DNA of 64,000 nt. Origin: Heptranchias perlo (taxonomy: Eukaryota). A program made the translations under genes and the position numbers. This document shows positions 12,162-24,302 of the stretch, piece after piece; position 1 is the first letter of the stretch, and every line of letters starts with the position of its first letter. The notes beneath the pieces were generated by a model that was not told the origin of the DNA, did not search any database, and was given only the letters and a program-made list of their open reading frames with translations. Where the stretch lies: the NCBI RefSeq assembly GCF_035084215.1, contig NC_090349.1:9858001-9922000 (forward strand), given 5' to 3'.

Positions 12162-12790
12162 GTGAGAAACATCATTCATAAAATAACAATATCTCCGAGC
12201 TAAAAACGAGAATGTGAAATCCAGCTCATCCAGATCAAAATCACAGCCTCAATATTATTGTCCGTTAACAACCAGGGAATTGTGCCCAATAGGCCCCAAA
12301 TAATGGTAATAAGGGCCCATGTTTTTAGTCCTAATGATTGGTTTAAAATATCAACTGTTTACGGTCGAGCAGCACTCACTCATTGCGTAGGTGCAAATCT
12401 GCAGTGCAGCCTGTGTTAGTGCTGATGGAGAATGGTATTTGGGACTGAGATCTGTCCTAATCTTTCCTGAATCCTTTCTGCATAAATTCAGTAGCGCATC
12501 TTCTGCAATGGTGTCTCCTCTGTGCCAGCGTGGCAAGCTCCAGTGTTCTATCCTTAGCCCCTCCTTTTCCTCATTTATACATTGCCTCTTGATATTATCC
12601 TTAAGCATGGGGCCAGTTTCCACATGCAGGCTGATGACACCTAACTTTACCTCACTTGCTGCCGCCGTCAACTCCATGACCGTTGCTGTGCAATTTGGCT
12701 GCCTGTCTAGCATCCCAGCTGTGGAGAATGCAGAACTTTCTTCAGCTTAACAGTAGCAAGACCAGAACCATCTTCATTTCTTGCCCATGC

Positions 12791-13110
12791 CTAGTTGCCC
12801 TGAGGTTTGATACAACTGAGTGACTTGTTAAATAACTTCAGAGGGCAGTTAAGAGTCAACCTCGTTGGTGTGGGACTGGAATCACATATAGAATGACCGG
12901 GTAAGGGCAGCAGGTTTCCTTCCCTGAAAGACATTAGTGAACCAGTTGGGTTTTTACGACAATCTGACAACTTCACTTTTAGTGATAGTAGCTTTTTGTT
13001 TCTAAATTTAAAAAAAAATTGAACTCATGGTGGGACTATGAACTCAAATTCTCTGGATTATTAGTTCAGACCTCTGAATACTAGGCCAGTAGCATAACCA
13101 CTATGCTACC
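12791..13110 (-). mobile_element. tRNA-derived SINE inserted in a decayed L2 fragment (about 12550-13870, +)
   Basis: Minus-strand head GGTAGCATAGTGGTTATG...GAGTTC with A/B-box-like motifs; flanks carry L2-like ADDT RT and tail remnants. Confidence 0.55.
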
Positions 13111-13952
13111 ATATCCTTTTTGGATTAGTTGAAAAACTTTACTCCCCAGCCTCCAATTCCATGTTTCCCTTTTAATTGTTCGCTTAGGTTGAACCCAATG
13201 ACGTGCAGCCTTGATGTCCTGTTTGACCCTGAACAGATCCTCAACCCCCATATCCTATCGATCACCAAGGCCGACTATTTCTACCTCCATAATGTCTCCA
13301 CCTGCGCTTGTCCCTCCCTCACACTCACTTTCACCTCCAAGCTCACCATTCTCCAACATTCTCCTCTCCAGCTTCCCCAGCTCCACCCTTAAATATTCCA
13401 ACTCATCGAAAACTCCTGCTGGCATCATATACTGTACCAGCCTATCACCCCAGGACTCACCAACCTCTACTCTCTCTCTGTCCCGCAGCCACTATTTTGA
13501 TATCCTCATTCTTTTGTACAAATCTTCTTCATGACTTCCCCTCTCCCACCAGCTCTGCAACATCTTCAACCACTATTTCATAGTTCACACCCTTGGTTTC
13601 TCTAACTCTGGTGTAAAGTATGTCAATCCTGCCTCTGCTCCACAATTGGTGGCAGAGCCTTCAGGCATCACGTTGCCAGTCTGTGGAATTTTCTACCTTC
13701 ACTCCTCTGCCTTTCTTCATCACTTCTGACCTTCAAAAACGACCTGAAAGACAATCTCCTTGATTACACCTTCGTTCGACTCTCTACGTTTGTCCTAACT
13801 TGGTGTCCAATTCCTGCCCCCCTCCCACCACCGAAGCTCATTGGCATGCTTCGATATGTCAAAGGCATTTGTTGTTATTATTGTCAACATGAACAGTTTC
13901 TCAATTAGTTCTGCTTTTCTATTAACACTAACTATGCCTTGTCCATCCATAG

Positions 13953-14054
13953 ATTAGAGATGAAATTGAACAGTATGGAATTAAAATCTATCAATTTCCA
14001 GAGTGTGACTCAGATGAGGATGAAGAGTTTAAACAGCAAGACAAGGAACTAAAG
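13953..14054 (+). CDS. SEPTIN5: Septin-5 exon ([34 protein letters not shown])
   Basis: catAG / GTGAG; [10 protein letters not shown] motif of the SEPT2 group. Confidence 0.96.
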
Positions 14055-14821
14055 GTGAGATGGAATTCCAAGGATGTGGGATGCAAGAGGAGGACAGTAG
14101 TGAAAGGAGATCAGAGCTTTTGGAAAGAATCAGGATTGGAATGCAGGAGAAGCAGATCCTGGGGAAGGAGAAAGTTGAGATGAATATAATTGTAGCTGAG
14201 CTATCTCCAACACCAGCACCAACTCTGATTCTAACCACTGCCTTGATAGACTGTGATCTGATTCTAACCCTGTCTGGAGACAATATTATCCTCTCCGACA
14301 CTAACCTCCAACTGAATTGAATAGGACCTCACTTCAATCCTCTAGTGGATTGACTACAGCAACAACAACTTGAATTTGTATAGCGCCTTTAAAGTAGTAA
14401 AACGTCCCAAAGCGCTTCAGAGGAGCGATTATCAAAACAAAATTTGACAATGACCCAGAATGCAAATTAATGGAATGGAACCTGATCCCAACTGTACTGA
14501 AGTATCCTAAAATCAGTAAAGATCACAACATTACAAGTTAAATACAGATGAGGAAGGCCATTTGGTACATCTTAGCTCATCGATTCATAAAATTTGTGGT
14601 TATTGTTGGCTCACTGCTTGGCTGTTGTTGGGAGAGGTAATGTTCTGAGACTGAAGCCTCTAACTGTGGCACAGAGTAGCAGGGTGGGGCATTAAACCCA
14701 GGATCATCTTCATTTATTTTCTCTTTGTTCCTTTTATCTTTATTAATTAATCCTTGATAGAGAGGCTTTACTTTGAAATTCAATCTGCTGATTTTGGAGC
14801 AAGTAAAGCAGTGGAGTTTTT

Positions 14822-15412
14822 TTTATCCATTCAAGGGATGTGGGCGTCGCTGGCAAGGCCAGCATTTATTGCCCACCCCTAATTGTCCTTGAGAAGGTGG
14901 TGATGAGCCGCCATCTTGAACTGCTGCAGTCCGTGTGGTAAAGGTTCTCCCACAGTGCTGTTAGGAAGGGAGTTCCAGGATTTTGACCCAGCGACGATGA
15001 AGGAACGGCGATATATTTCCAAATCGGGATGGTGTGTGACTTGGAGGGGAATGTGGTGTTGTTGCCATGTCCTTCTAGGTGGTAGAGGTTGCGGGTTTGG
15101 GAGGTGCTGTCGAAGAAGCCTTGGCGAGTTGCTGCAGTGCATCCTGTGGATTGTGCACACTGCAGCCACGGTGCGCCGGTGGTGAAGGGAGTGAATGTTT
15201 CGGGTGGTGGATGGGGTACCAATCAAGCGGGCTGCTTTGTCCTGGATGGTGTCGAGCTTCTTGAGTGCTGTTGGAGCTGCACTCATCCAGGCAAGTGGAG
15301 AGTATTCCATCACACTCCTGACTTGTGCCTTGTAGATGGTGGAAAGGCTTTGGGGAGTCAGGAGGTGAGTCACTCGCTGCAGAATACCCAGCCTCTGACC
15401 TGCTCTTGTAGC
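14822..15412 (-). mobile_element. CR1/L2-group LINE family 2, 3' fragment
   Basis: YKAQVRSVMEYSPLAW...SFIVAGSKSWNSLP ORF2 C-terminus. Confidence 0.88.
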
Positions 15413-15550
15413 TGGAGTAAGTCACTTTTTAAGTAGATGTTTGTCAGACATTGAGACAAAACCTTCAGTAAACATCTCCACTTCCTTTCTTTAGCCATTC
15501 AGTTCTATTGATCCTGCTTAATGCCATTTACTGCCTATGATTGGTTACAG

Positions 15551-15647
15551 GAAAGCATTCCCTTTGCAGTCATCGGAAGCAACACGGTGGTGGAGGCACG
15601 TGGTCAGAGGGTCCGTGGGCGACTGTACCCGTGGGGGATTGTAGAAG
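15551..15647 (+). CDS. SEPTIN5: Septin-5 exon ([33 protein letters not shown])
   Basis: ttacAG / GTGAG; start of the septin unique element RGRxYPWG. Confidence 0.96.
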
Positions 15648-16929
15648 GTGAGCCTGCTCTGGGAGAGGAAGTGGGACCTGTCCCCAAGTGTCTGTGTACC
15701 GCCGTGTTCAGAATGGCTGTAATGTGTGAGGCTTCTGTTATTAGACTTTAAATCTGTGAGGAGAGGAGTGTTTTAGCAAGAACCCCTGTTCTCTTCTTGA
15801 ACTGGATTCTGTAAATACACAAAAATTGAGTATTCTTGAAATGACCAATAATATAGACATCAGTGAGGCGTGGCTCTGAATGTGAAGATGGATGAACTGC
15901 AATTTTCCAGTTAATCTGATACTCGACTTGGTAAGAACACTGCCTGATATTGCACTAAGATATACAAAAAAACGAAGTTCCCAATTTCAGTATATGTGTA
16001 ACAGATTCGGATGTGACACCAATTGGTAATTAATGTCTCATTTATTAATAGTCAAATCACTGTCGTTTCAAGTTTTCCGACAGTGAGATAATCTTCTGAT
16101 AGTCGGTTGTTCTTCTGACAGTGGTGTCGTCTTCAGACAACTCAGTGTTTTTTTTAACAGTTGGATGATCTTCACTGATGCCTCTGCCTTGAGCTCAAAA
16201 GACTTTTGGTTTTTATGCCCCCCTTGCTGGAACCTCACACCATATATGGAACAATATTCATAAAACCCCTATAGATTAATGAAGTTATTTTTCAAAGAAT
16301 TCATGATGGTCAGCTTGTTTTAATATCACTTATTTAACCACAAGATCCTTTTGCAAGGACATTTTTCAAGATGGCCAGTTTGTTTGACTGCATTGTCTAG
16401 CTATCTAGTCATGACCCTGGTCTTATTGCTATCTTTGTATTATTGTTCCTCTTTTATCATGTAGCTGCCTTACCTCACAATGAGGGTGACAAGGGTTAGT
16501 CACTAGTCAAAGGTTAACAGTCTACAATTCAGCAAAATAAGCTGCACACTCAGCAAAATACACAGCACAGCCTGCAGAGCATGATGGTTAGTAGTATTAA
16601 GAAAAAGATGTCAATTTTTCCCTATTTCCAATATTCTTATTTTTGGTCTCTGCTCAGGCAGCTGTTGGGATGATGTGATTGGTCTTTGTTCAAATGTGCT
16701 TGGGGGTGAACTAAATTGTGGGAGCCCACAAAACTCCCCAGATATAGGACTAACCACCATATGGGCTGGTATAAAGATGGTTACAGCCATGGAAGAAGTG
16801 TTCATGTTGCGGCCTGTCTGAATCCTCCCACTAATTCATACTGTTCTCCAAGGGAAGAGTGCGAAGATAGGAAAACAACAACTAGATTGGGAATGCAGTC
16901 AATCAGTGAAGGCTTCTTTTTTTTTACAG

Positions 16930-17065
16930 TGGAGAATCAGGCACATTGTGACTTTGTAAAACTTCGGAATATGCTGATCCGGACGCACATGCAGGACCTG
17001 AAGGACGTGACCTGGGACATTCACTACGAGAATTTCAGAGCCAGATGCATCCAGGAGATGACCAG
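16930..17065 (+). CDS. SEPTIN5: Septin-5 exon ([45 protein letters not shown])
   Basis: polyT-acAG acceptor, GT donor at 17066; septin unique element. Confidence 0.95.
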
Positions 17066-17708
17066 GTCTGTTCTTTTTTCTCTTGCGCTCATCCTCCAGA
17101 TCTGCCGGAGAAATATGCCAGCCCATTGTCCATTTGAATGCCTGCAGTGTGGTGGCACAGCACATTCAATCATCAGCGCACAGGTCCGATGGAAGTATGC
17201 AGGCATCCCACCTCCCTGGCAACAGCTGCCACCACTCTGCTTGATATAGACCTCAGCCACATTTGTGTGTGGAGATGTCAAGCGAAGGCCATTATGAGGG
17301 AAGGAAAATCTGAGGGAAGGTTACTGCTGGACAGCTGTTTGTCCCTGTCGACGACCAGCTGCTGAGCAGCAGTTGACAAAAGTCTGGAAGCACATCGCCG
17401 GGCTGTCCTCTCACCTCTACTGCTATAGTAACAAGGTGGCAAAGATGCTGTAGTCTGTGTGCAGAAATGAATCAGTGATGCAATTACGCAAATCATGTCC
17501 AACATTACAAATTTATTACTTGTTAAATTAAGGCAAAATTTCAGGGTCTATATCTTTGAAGGGAACAAATTCTAACAGAGCTCCTTTTAAAAGGTGCAGT
17601 TGATTTCTTTTGTAATTATACCTCTTTTAGAAAATTCAAGGATGAGTGAAGGCCATTCAGCCCCATTGCAATCCGTCCTTCTAGTATTCCAATGTGCTTA
17701 AGAATTGT

Positions 17709-17885
17709 GGCCCTGAAATTCCATGGGGGTCTCCTGATCTCCTGTCGTAACATTGGCAGGAGATCGGTGGAACCCCCAGAGAAATGGTCGAACATGGCCA
17801 TTGAAGCTGTTTCTCCGAGGTTCCACCCGTCTCCTGCCAAAGTTACTGCAGGAGATCAGGAGAGCCCACATGGAATTTCCAGGCC
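17709..17885. mobile_element. Hairpin MITE, TSD TGT
   Basis: GGCCCTGAAATTCC...GGAATTTCCAGGCC with internal self-complementarity; TGT on both sides. Confidence 0.8.
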
Positions 17886-17899
17886 TGTGTCTTTACTAC

Positions 17900-18400
17900 C
17901 TATTCTGGCAAATTATTGTGGATATTTTTCATCCTTCATGTGAAGAACTTCCTAATATATGCGATTTGATTTACTCTTAGCTAAATTATACTTCTAACCT
18001 CGGGTTCCATTTATCTGCCTAATTGTAGAGTCATATTCAATGTTTACCGTTCCTAAGGTATTTAATAGTTTATACACTCTGATAGGGGTCTCCTTAACCG
18101 TCTTCTTTGCAGGCTGATGAGGTTGTGGGTTATTAAACCTTTCCTCATATGTCATGCACCTTACACTGGCAATCATTCTTGTTGCTCTTCACTGCAGGTG
18201 CATGCCAATAGTTGTATGTCCCTTCTGCAGTGTGGCAACCAAAACTGTATTCAATACTTCAAGTGCGGTCTGACCAGCGCATTGTACAACATCAATAGAT
18301 TTATATTCCACTGTTCTGACTATATATCCTAGCACTTTGTCAGCTTTTTCAAGAACCTCACCACACTGTCCAGACACTGGCAGTAACCCAGAAGTAGCAT
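17900..18400 (-). mobile_element. Decayed CR1 fragment
   Basis: KADKVLGYI..VEYKS and YEER remnants. Confidence 0.6.
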
Positions 18401-18826
18401 GTCGTAATTCTCTTCCATTCATGTTTTAATTACCTACACGTTGCTCCATCGAATGTAAAAGCATTTTGCATTAGTCTGCGTCCCATTCCATCTAGTAAAT
18501 TAAATTAGATTAAATTCTACGTCACATTGTTGAAATTCCATCAATGCTGAGTCAGTCACAGGACTATTCAGATGACTTGGTTCACTGCATTGAACGTAAG
18601 TAAAAGCTGATTAATGCATGCGCCCCTTTAATAGAATTAGCTACGTTAGACACTAAGTAGGTTCTATCTGTCATGCGTCGCAACAGCCGTTTACACCTTT
18701 TCTCCTGGGTTTCCACCGATCCTTCACCAAAGTTACAGTGCATGATCGGGAGAAACCCCTGTGGGAATTATTGATGTAAAGCTTATGCTTTTCCATCATA
18801 AATGGTAATTGACCAAAAGGTATGGT

Positions 18827-19018
18827 AGCCCTGAAATTCCACGGGGGATTCTCCCGAACTCCCGCTATAACTCTGGTGGGAGACCCGTGGAACCCCTGGG
18901 GAAATGATGTCAACGGCCACTTTAAGCTGTTTGTGTTGTTTCTCTGAGGGTTCCACTTGTCTCGCGCTGAGGTTATGATGGGCGACTGGGAGAACCTCCC
19001 CTGTGGAATTTCAAGGCC
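18827..19018. mobile_element. Hairpin MITE
   Basis: AGCCCTGAAATTCC...GGAATTTCAAGGCC. Confidence 0.7.
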
Positions 19019-19124
19019 GGAGTTTCTTTATTCATCCTGACAGGGTGTTCTGTTAATGGGCCCTTGTCAATCTCAAAGTGAGCAGGTAAAAGTCACTGAA
19101 TTTTCCTTACTTTAACCTTCACAG

Positions 19125-19227
19125 TAAATTGACCCAGGACAACCGAGCAGAAAGTCCGCTCCCCATACTACCAGTGCCAACTCCAGACGCAGAGACAGAG
19201 AAACTGATCAAAATGAAGGATGAAGAG
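19125..19227 (+). CDS. SEPTIN5: Septin-5 exon ([34 protein letters not shown])
   Basis: cacAG / GTGAGT; SEPT5-diagnostic [23 protein letters not shown]; not in the ORF track. Confidence 0.95.
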
Positions 19228-19714
19228 GTGAGTGGTATCTGGGGCATGCAGGCTATGCTATGTGGTTGAATAGTCTGTGACTATGTGAAGGTAGTGCTGA
19301 CCAACTGTGTGAATGGACTCATCACTGTTCACTTCAGTGTTGTGACTTCAGCTTTTAATCTTGTTTGCTGTCCCTCCTTTTGTCGGTGATATTTTTGCAA
19401 TGAATTGTTTCTGAAAGATATCAAGAAGTGACCTTTCTCAAACCATGCCAGATGAGACATTTCGTTGCTCTAGTGATGGGCAGTATAACTATGGATTCAT
19501 AGATGGTGGGTAGTGCCAGTCAATAGTGATCAATAGTACAGCTTTATTTCGTCTCAGGACATGGCCAATACTGGCAATGTCACATTTATTGCTCATCCCT
19601 AGTTCCCCTGAGAAGGCGGTGGTGGACTTTGTAGCAATGGTTTGTCCGAATATCAAACAGTACACTTTTAACTTGCTGCTTGGGCGTAAAACTGGTGTTG
19701 TAGATCGGCTTTTT

Positions 19715-20440
19715 AAAAATTCGTTCATGGGATGTGGGCTTCACTGGCAAGGCCAGCATTTATTGCCCATCCCTAATTGCCCTTGAGAATTTGGTGGTAA
19801 GCGGTCTTCTTGAATCGCTGCAGTCCGTGTGGTGAAGGTTCTCCCACAGTGTTGTTAGGTAGGGAGTTCCAGGATTTTGACCCAATGACAATGAAGGAAC
19901 AGCGATATATTTCCAAGTTGGGATGATGTGTGACTTGGAGGGGAACGTGCAGGTGGTGTTGTTCCCATGTGCCTGCTGCCCTTGTCTTTCTAGGTGGTAA
20001 AGGTCGCGGGTTTGGGAGGTGCTGTCGAAGAAGCCTTGGCGAGTTGCTGCAGTGCATCTGTAGATGGTACACACTGCAGCCACGGTGCACCAGTGGTGAA
20101 GGGAGTGAATGTTTCGGGTGGTGGATGGGGTGCTAATCAAGCGGGTTGCTTTGCCCTGGATGGTGTTGAGCTTCTTGAGTGTTGTTGGAGCTGCACTCAT
20201 TCAGGCAAGTGGAGAGTATTCCATCACACTCCTGACTTGTGCCTTGTAGATGGTGGAAAGGCTTTGGGGAGTCAGGAGGTGAGTCACTCGCCACAGAATA
20301 CCCAGCCTCTGACCTGCTCTTGTAGTCACAGTATTTATATGGCTGGTCCAGTTAAGTTTCTGGTCAGTGGTGACCCCCAAGATGTTGATGATGGGGGATT
20401 TGGCGATGGTAATGCCGTTGAATGTCAAGGGGAGGTGGTT
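19715..20440 (-). mobile_element. CR1/L2-group LINE family 2, 3' fragment
   Basis: ILGVT.DQKLNWTSHI...VRSVMEYSPLA with a stop and frameshift. Confidence 0.88.
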
Positions 20441-20883
20441 ATACAGGCCTCCTGATTATGATTTCCATTAAAATCATCTGAAATTAAAATCGGGCAGTTT
20501 CTATAATGGGCGGCCGATCTGCAATGCCAGTTTGATGCCCAATTGGCAAATTCAAAATCCACCCCCAAATCTCTGACTTAACGAGTTAACCAAACTGGTT
20601 GCACTTCCATGTCATGTGTGTAGAAGCCTTTCATCATATCATGTGCCAATTTTCATCGTAAATGACTATCATTCAATATTGTATAACATTCAATTATTAT
20701 GTAGCAACTATCTGGATTGTTCATTATCTGAACTCTTTAGATTAAACAGTGTCCTACCATAGGGACTGGATGGATATTGAGTCAGTGTGTAGTAGTCAGT
20801 AGTGGAGATTAGGTGACTGCTGTTTGTCCATAATCTTTAGCAGTTGCTGACCGTGCTCAGTAATTGCAACTCTCTTTCTGCAG

Positions 20884-20940
20884 CTGCGGCGAATGCAGGA
20901 AATGCTGCAACGAATGCAACAGCAAATGCAGGACCAGTGA
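20884..20940 (+). CDS. SEPTIN5: Septin-5 terminal coding exon (LRRMQEMLQRMQQQMQDQ*)
   Basis: ctgcAG acceptor; near-identical to the human SEPT5 C-terminus; TGA at 20938-20940. Confidence 0.95.
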   Translation: MRRMQEMLQRMQQQMQDQ

Positions 20941-21257
20941 GTGACGGACTGAAACTGAGTGAAGAAAAAAGACTCACCTCTTCAGCCAAATCGAATAGGA
21001 ATGAAGAAGGCGGGACAAGACACAGGCCACTCCTCTGGGGGAAATGCACTGTACAGAACGTGTCCCGTGTTTCCTGTTATACTCTAGAGACAGCTCGAGG
21101 GTGACTACGTGTCTGGCCTACTCTGTCTAGTGCCACCATATCATTTACATATCCTGCTTGTTTGTTTGGGTTTGTATTTAATATCTTGTCAGTACAATTG
21201 AAGACCATTCAGAGACATATCTGCAACGGAATGCTTATGTGGAAAATACTCTTTACT

Positions 21258-21263
21258 AATAAA
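21258..21263 (+). terminator. Candidate SEPT5 polyadenylation signal AATAAA
   Basis: Canonical hexamer about 320 nt after the SEPT5 stop. Confidence 0.6.
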
Positions 21264-21352
21264 TGTTTTCAAATGGATGTAACTTCAGGCAGTGGGCTTT
21301 ATTTAAAAGTTGCAAGTGCTGGTGAATCATTCATTTTGTACCCAGTGACATA

Positions 21353-21510
21353 GGCCTGGATTTTCTCTGAGGGGGGGAGTGGGGTTTCTCTGGCGGAACC
21401 CCCGGATATATGGCAGAAATGGCCGTTTACGTTGTTTGTCCGAGGGTTCTGCCCAACCCCCGACCAAAGTTACGGCAGAAGACCAGGAGATCCCGGGGAC
21501 ATCTAGGGCT
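21353..21510. mobile_element. Hairpin MITE, TSD ATA
   Basis: GGCCTGGATTTT...CTAGGGCT; ATA on both sides. Confidence 0.6.
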
Positions 21511-21796
21511 ATAATGCTGCCCCGGGCAGAGTAGGACAAAGCTCGGGTACGGCTCAGAGCCTACCCCTGATATCATCGCGCCACAGAACTCTGACCCTTA
21601 CTGCACCAGAGTCCAACAGCAGAATGTTGCACGGCTTCCTTCTGTGCTGTAGGATTCTATGTAGGGGTTTTATTTGCCGTTTACTCTCGGTTTCTAGGTT
21701 TCTCATGGAAGGGTTTCCAAGTTGGTGTCAACTGGAAGGAAATGTTTCTCTGACCTGCGCTGTAAGCTCCGACTCGAGTCCACTGAGATGTTTATC

Positions 21797-22835
21797 AAGG
21801 GGAAAATTATCCCCAACGTGTTAGAATGGGAGGATGCTCTCTGAACAGCCATGAGTGTGAAAAAGCATATCGGAAAGGTGGATGGTGTCGTTGGGATAGG
21901 GGCTAGTGGGGCATACGTGCTGGATCAGGAGAATTGTTTTGCTTTTTTTTGGTGCATTCACACTACAACAGTAGGAGTTTTGCTTTGCCGTTAATAGCGC
22001 ACATGCAGCCTGAAGCCAGAGACAAGGCCCGGTCTGAAGGAGAGCATTTCACGTTGCTTCACTTCAGAGTTAGTTTGAGCCTTAACACCCAATTTACACG
22101 ACACACGTTTAGCTTGTTGCGCAAAAGAAAGAACTTGCATTTATATGGCACGACCTCAGGCCATCCCAAAGCGCTTTACAGCCAATGAAGTATTGTTTTT
22201 CCACTGGACACAAGGGCCCTGTAATTCTGTAGGGTTTCTCCAGGTCTCCCTTTGTAACTTCAGCGGAACTCCCAGGGAAATGGTATATATGGTTAAATAG
22301 TTTGCACCGTTTCCCTCAGGGTTTCGACGGTCTCCTTGCCAAAGCTATCGCACCAGACGAGAAGAACCTCTGCAGAATTTCACTGCTATTCAGGTTACAT
22401 TTCGATTGGACATGCAACACAGTGACTACACTTCAAAGATACTTCATTGGCTGTAAAGCGCTTTGGGATGGCCTGAGGTCGTGCCATATAAATGCAAGTT
22501 CTTTCTTTTGCGCAACAATCTAAACGTGTGTAGTGTAAATTGAGTGTTAAGGTTCAAACTAACTCTGAAGTGAAGCAACGTGAAATGCTCTCCTTCAGGC
22601 CGGGCCTTGTCTCTGGCTTCAGGCTGCATGTGCGCTATTAACGGCAAAGCAAAACTCCTACTGTTGTAGTGTGAATGCACTAAAAAAAAGCAAAACAATT
22701 CTCCTGATCTAGCACGTATGCCCCACTAGCCCCCATCCCAACGACACCATCCACCTGTCCTATATGCTTTTTCACACTCATGGCTGTTCAGAGAGCATCC
22801 TCCCATTCTAACACGTTGGGGATAATTTTCCCCTT
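21797..22835. repeat. Long inverted duplication: arms 21797-22193 and 22439-22835 (397 bp each, few mismatches) with a 245-bp spacer
   Basis: Near-identical ORFs on opposite strands (21934-22188 +, 22444-22698 -); arm ends traced by eye. Confidence 0.95.
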
Positions 22836-23478
22836 CAGTGCCTGGACGCTAATCTAGCAGAGCAAATCGCCCGACCATTGAAGAATGCCCCTGATATTCT
22901 TTCCATTTATTTCAATGGGATAAAAATCGGGCAGGTTCTATGACGGGCAAACAATCTGCTCCCCAGGCATTGACAGTGAAAATTACTCCCACTATGTCAT
23001 AAATTCATAGAATCATGCAGCGCAGAAGGAGGCCATTTAGCCCATCGTGCCTGTGCCGGCTCTTTGAAAGGACTATCCAATTCGTCCCACACCCCTACTC
23101 TTTCCCAATAGCCCTGCAAATTATTCATTTTTAAGTGTTTATCCAATTCCCTTTTGAAAGCTATTATTGAATCTGCTTCCACCACCCTGTAAGGCTATGA
23201 ATTCCAGATCATAACAACTCACCCCATGATCATTCAAACACACCATCCTCCTGCCCTATATGCATGGCATTTCATGCCTGTTCAGAGAGACACGGCCATT
23301 TTGCTCGAGCGTCCTCTGCTACCCATGTACGCACTCTTCCAGACAGCCCACCAGCTGTCCTCTGTTTCTCCTAATCCAAATCTTCATCCTACCACATTCA
23401 GCAGCAACATAAACCATATGATGACATAATGCTGGGATGGGCCACGATACATTTCACTGCTGTTTGAGAAAAATGAAT

Positions 23479-23666
23479 GGCCCTGGAATTCCGTAGGGGT
23501 TCTCCCGGCCTCCATCGTAACTTTGATGGGAGACTGGCGGAGCTTCTATAGAAATAAAGTGAACAGCTGAAAATGGCCATTTACACTATTTCCCGTGGGG
23601 CTCCGCTGGTCATCCGCTGAAGTTAAGGCAGAAGCATCCTGAGGAGCCCCATTGAATTTCACGGCC
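23479..23666. mobile_element. Hairpin MITE, TSD AAT
   Basis: GGCCCTGGAATTCC...GAATTTCACGGCC; AAT on both sides. Confidence 0.75.
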
Positions 23667-24039
23667 AATGCGTGGGGCAGTTACCCTTGGACCTATGAAT
23701 TTAGAAACTCTGAGGTGACTCTAATGAAGTTCCAGAGCTTGTAACTATTACTTTGTAGAATAGATAACCTGCGTCTGTACCAGCAAACTGCAATTCAGCG
23801 TTCACTTTACCCTCTGCCCCACGATTCACCCGCTTGCTGGGCTGTAATCTGAGGCTTAACTCCACGTTGACACTTTTTCCCAAGTGAAAAACTGGGTAGA
23901 GTGCAGGATAGAAAAAGTGGCTGGGGATGGCTTGAATTCTGCTGTTTGCTGTGCTGAGAATGGAAATTAAACTGAAAGCCTTAATAACCTTTCATAGCGA
24001 ATGCTCCACATGATAACGCAAAGAAGTAAATAAAAAAAA

Positions 24040-24302
24040 GGAGTTGCATTTATAGAGAGCCTTTCATGACCTCATGACATCCCAAAGCTCTTCACACCTG
24101 ATGAGGTACTTTTGAAGTGTAGTCACTGTTGCAATGTAGGGAAACAAGGCAGCCAATTTGCAAGCAGCATGGTCCCACAAACAGCAATGCGATAAATGAC
24201 CTTATAATTTGTTTTAGTGATGATTGAGGTGTAAATATTGCTCAGGACACCAGGAGAACTCCCCTGCTCTTCTTTGAATAGTGCCGTGGGATTCTTTACG
24301 TC
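24040..24302 (-). mobile_element. DeuSINE-type SINE fragment
   Basis: Same family as 935-1202. Confidence 0.7.

Noticed and set aside
15780-16600. Possible fossil gene or viral insert in an AT-rich SEPT5 intron
   Set aside because: Only short open stretches with no recognisable motif; would need tBLASTx
16716-17249. 177-aa stand-alone ORF
   Set aside because: Only 16930-17065 is septin exon; the rest is intron
20844-21104. Ala/Asn-rich ORF over the SEPT5 last exon
   Set aside because: Alternative frame of the coiled-coil exon plus UTR; no independent support
21934-22698. Pair of near-identical 84-aa genes
   Set aside because: Product of the inverted duplication; TTG start and ends in SINE sequence
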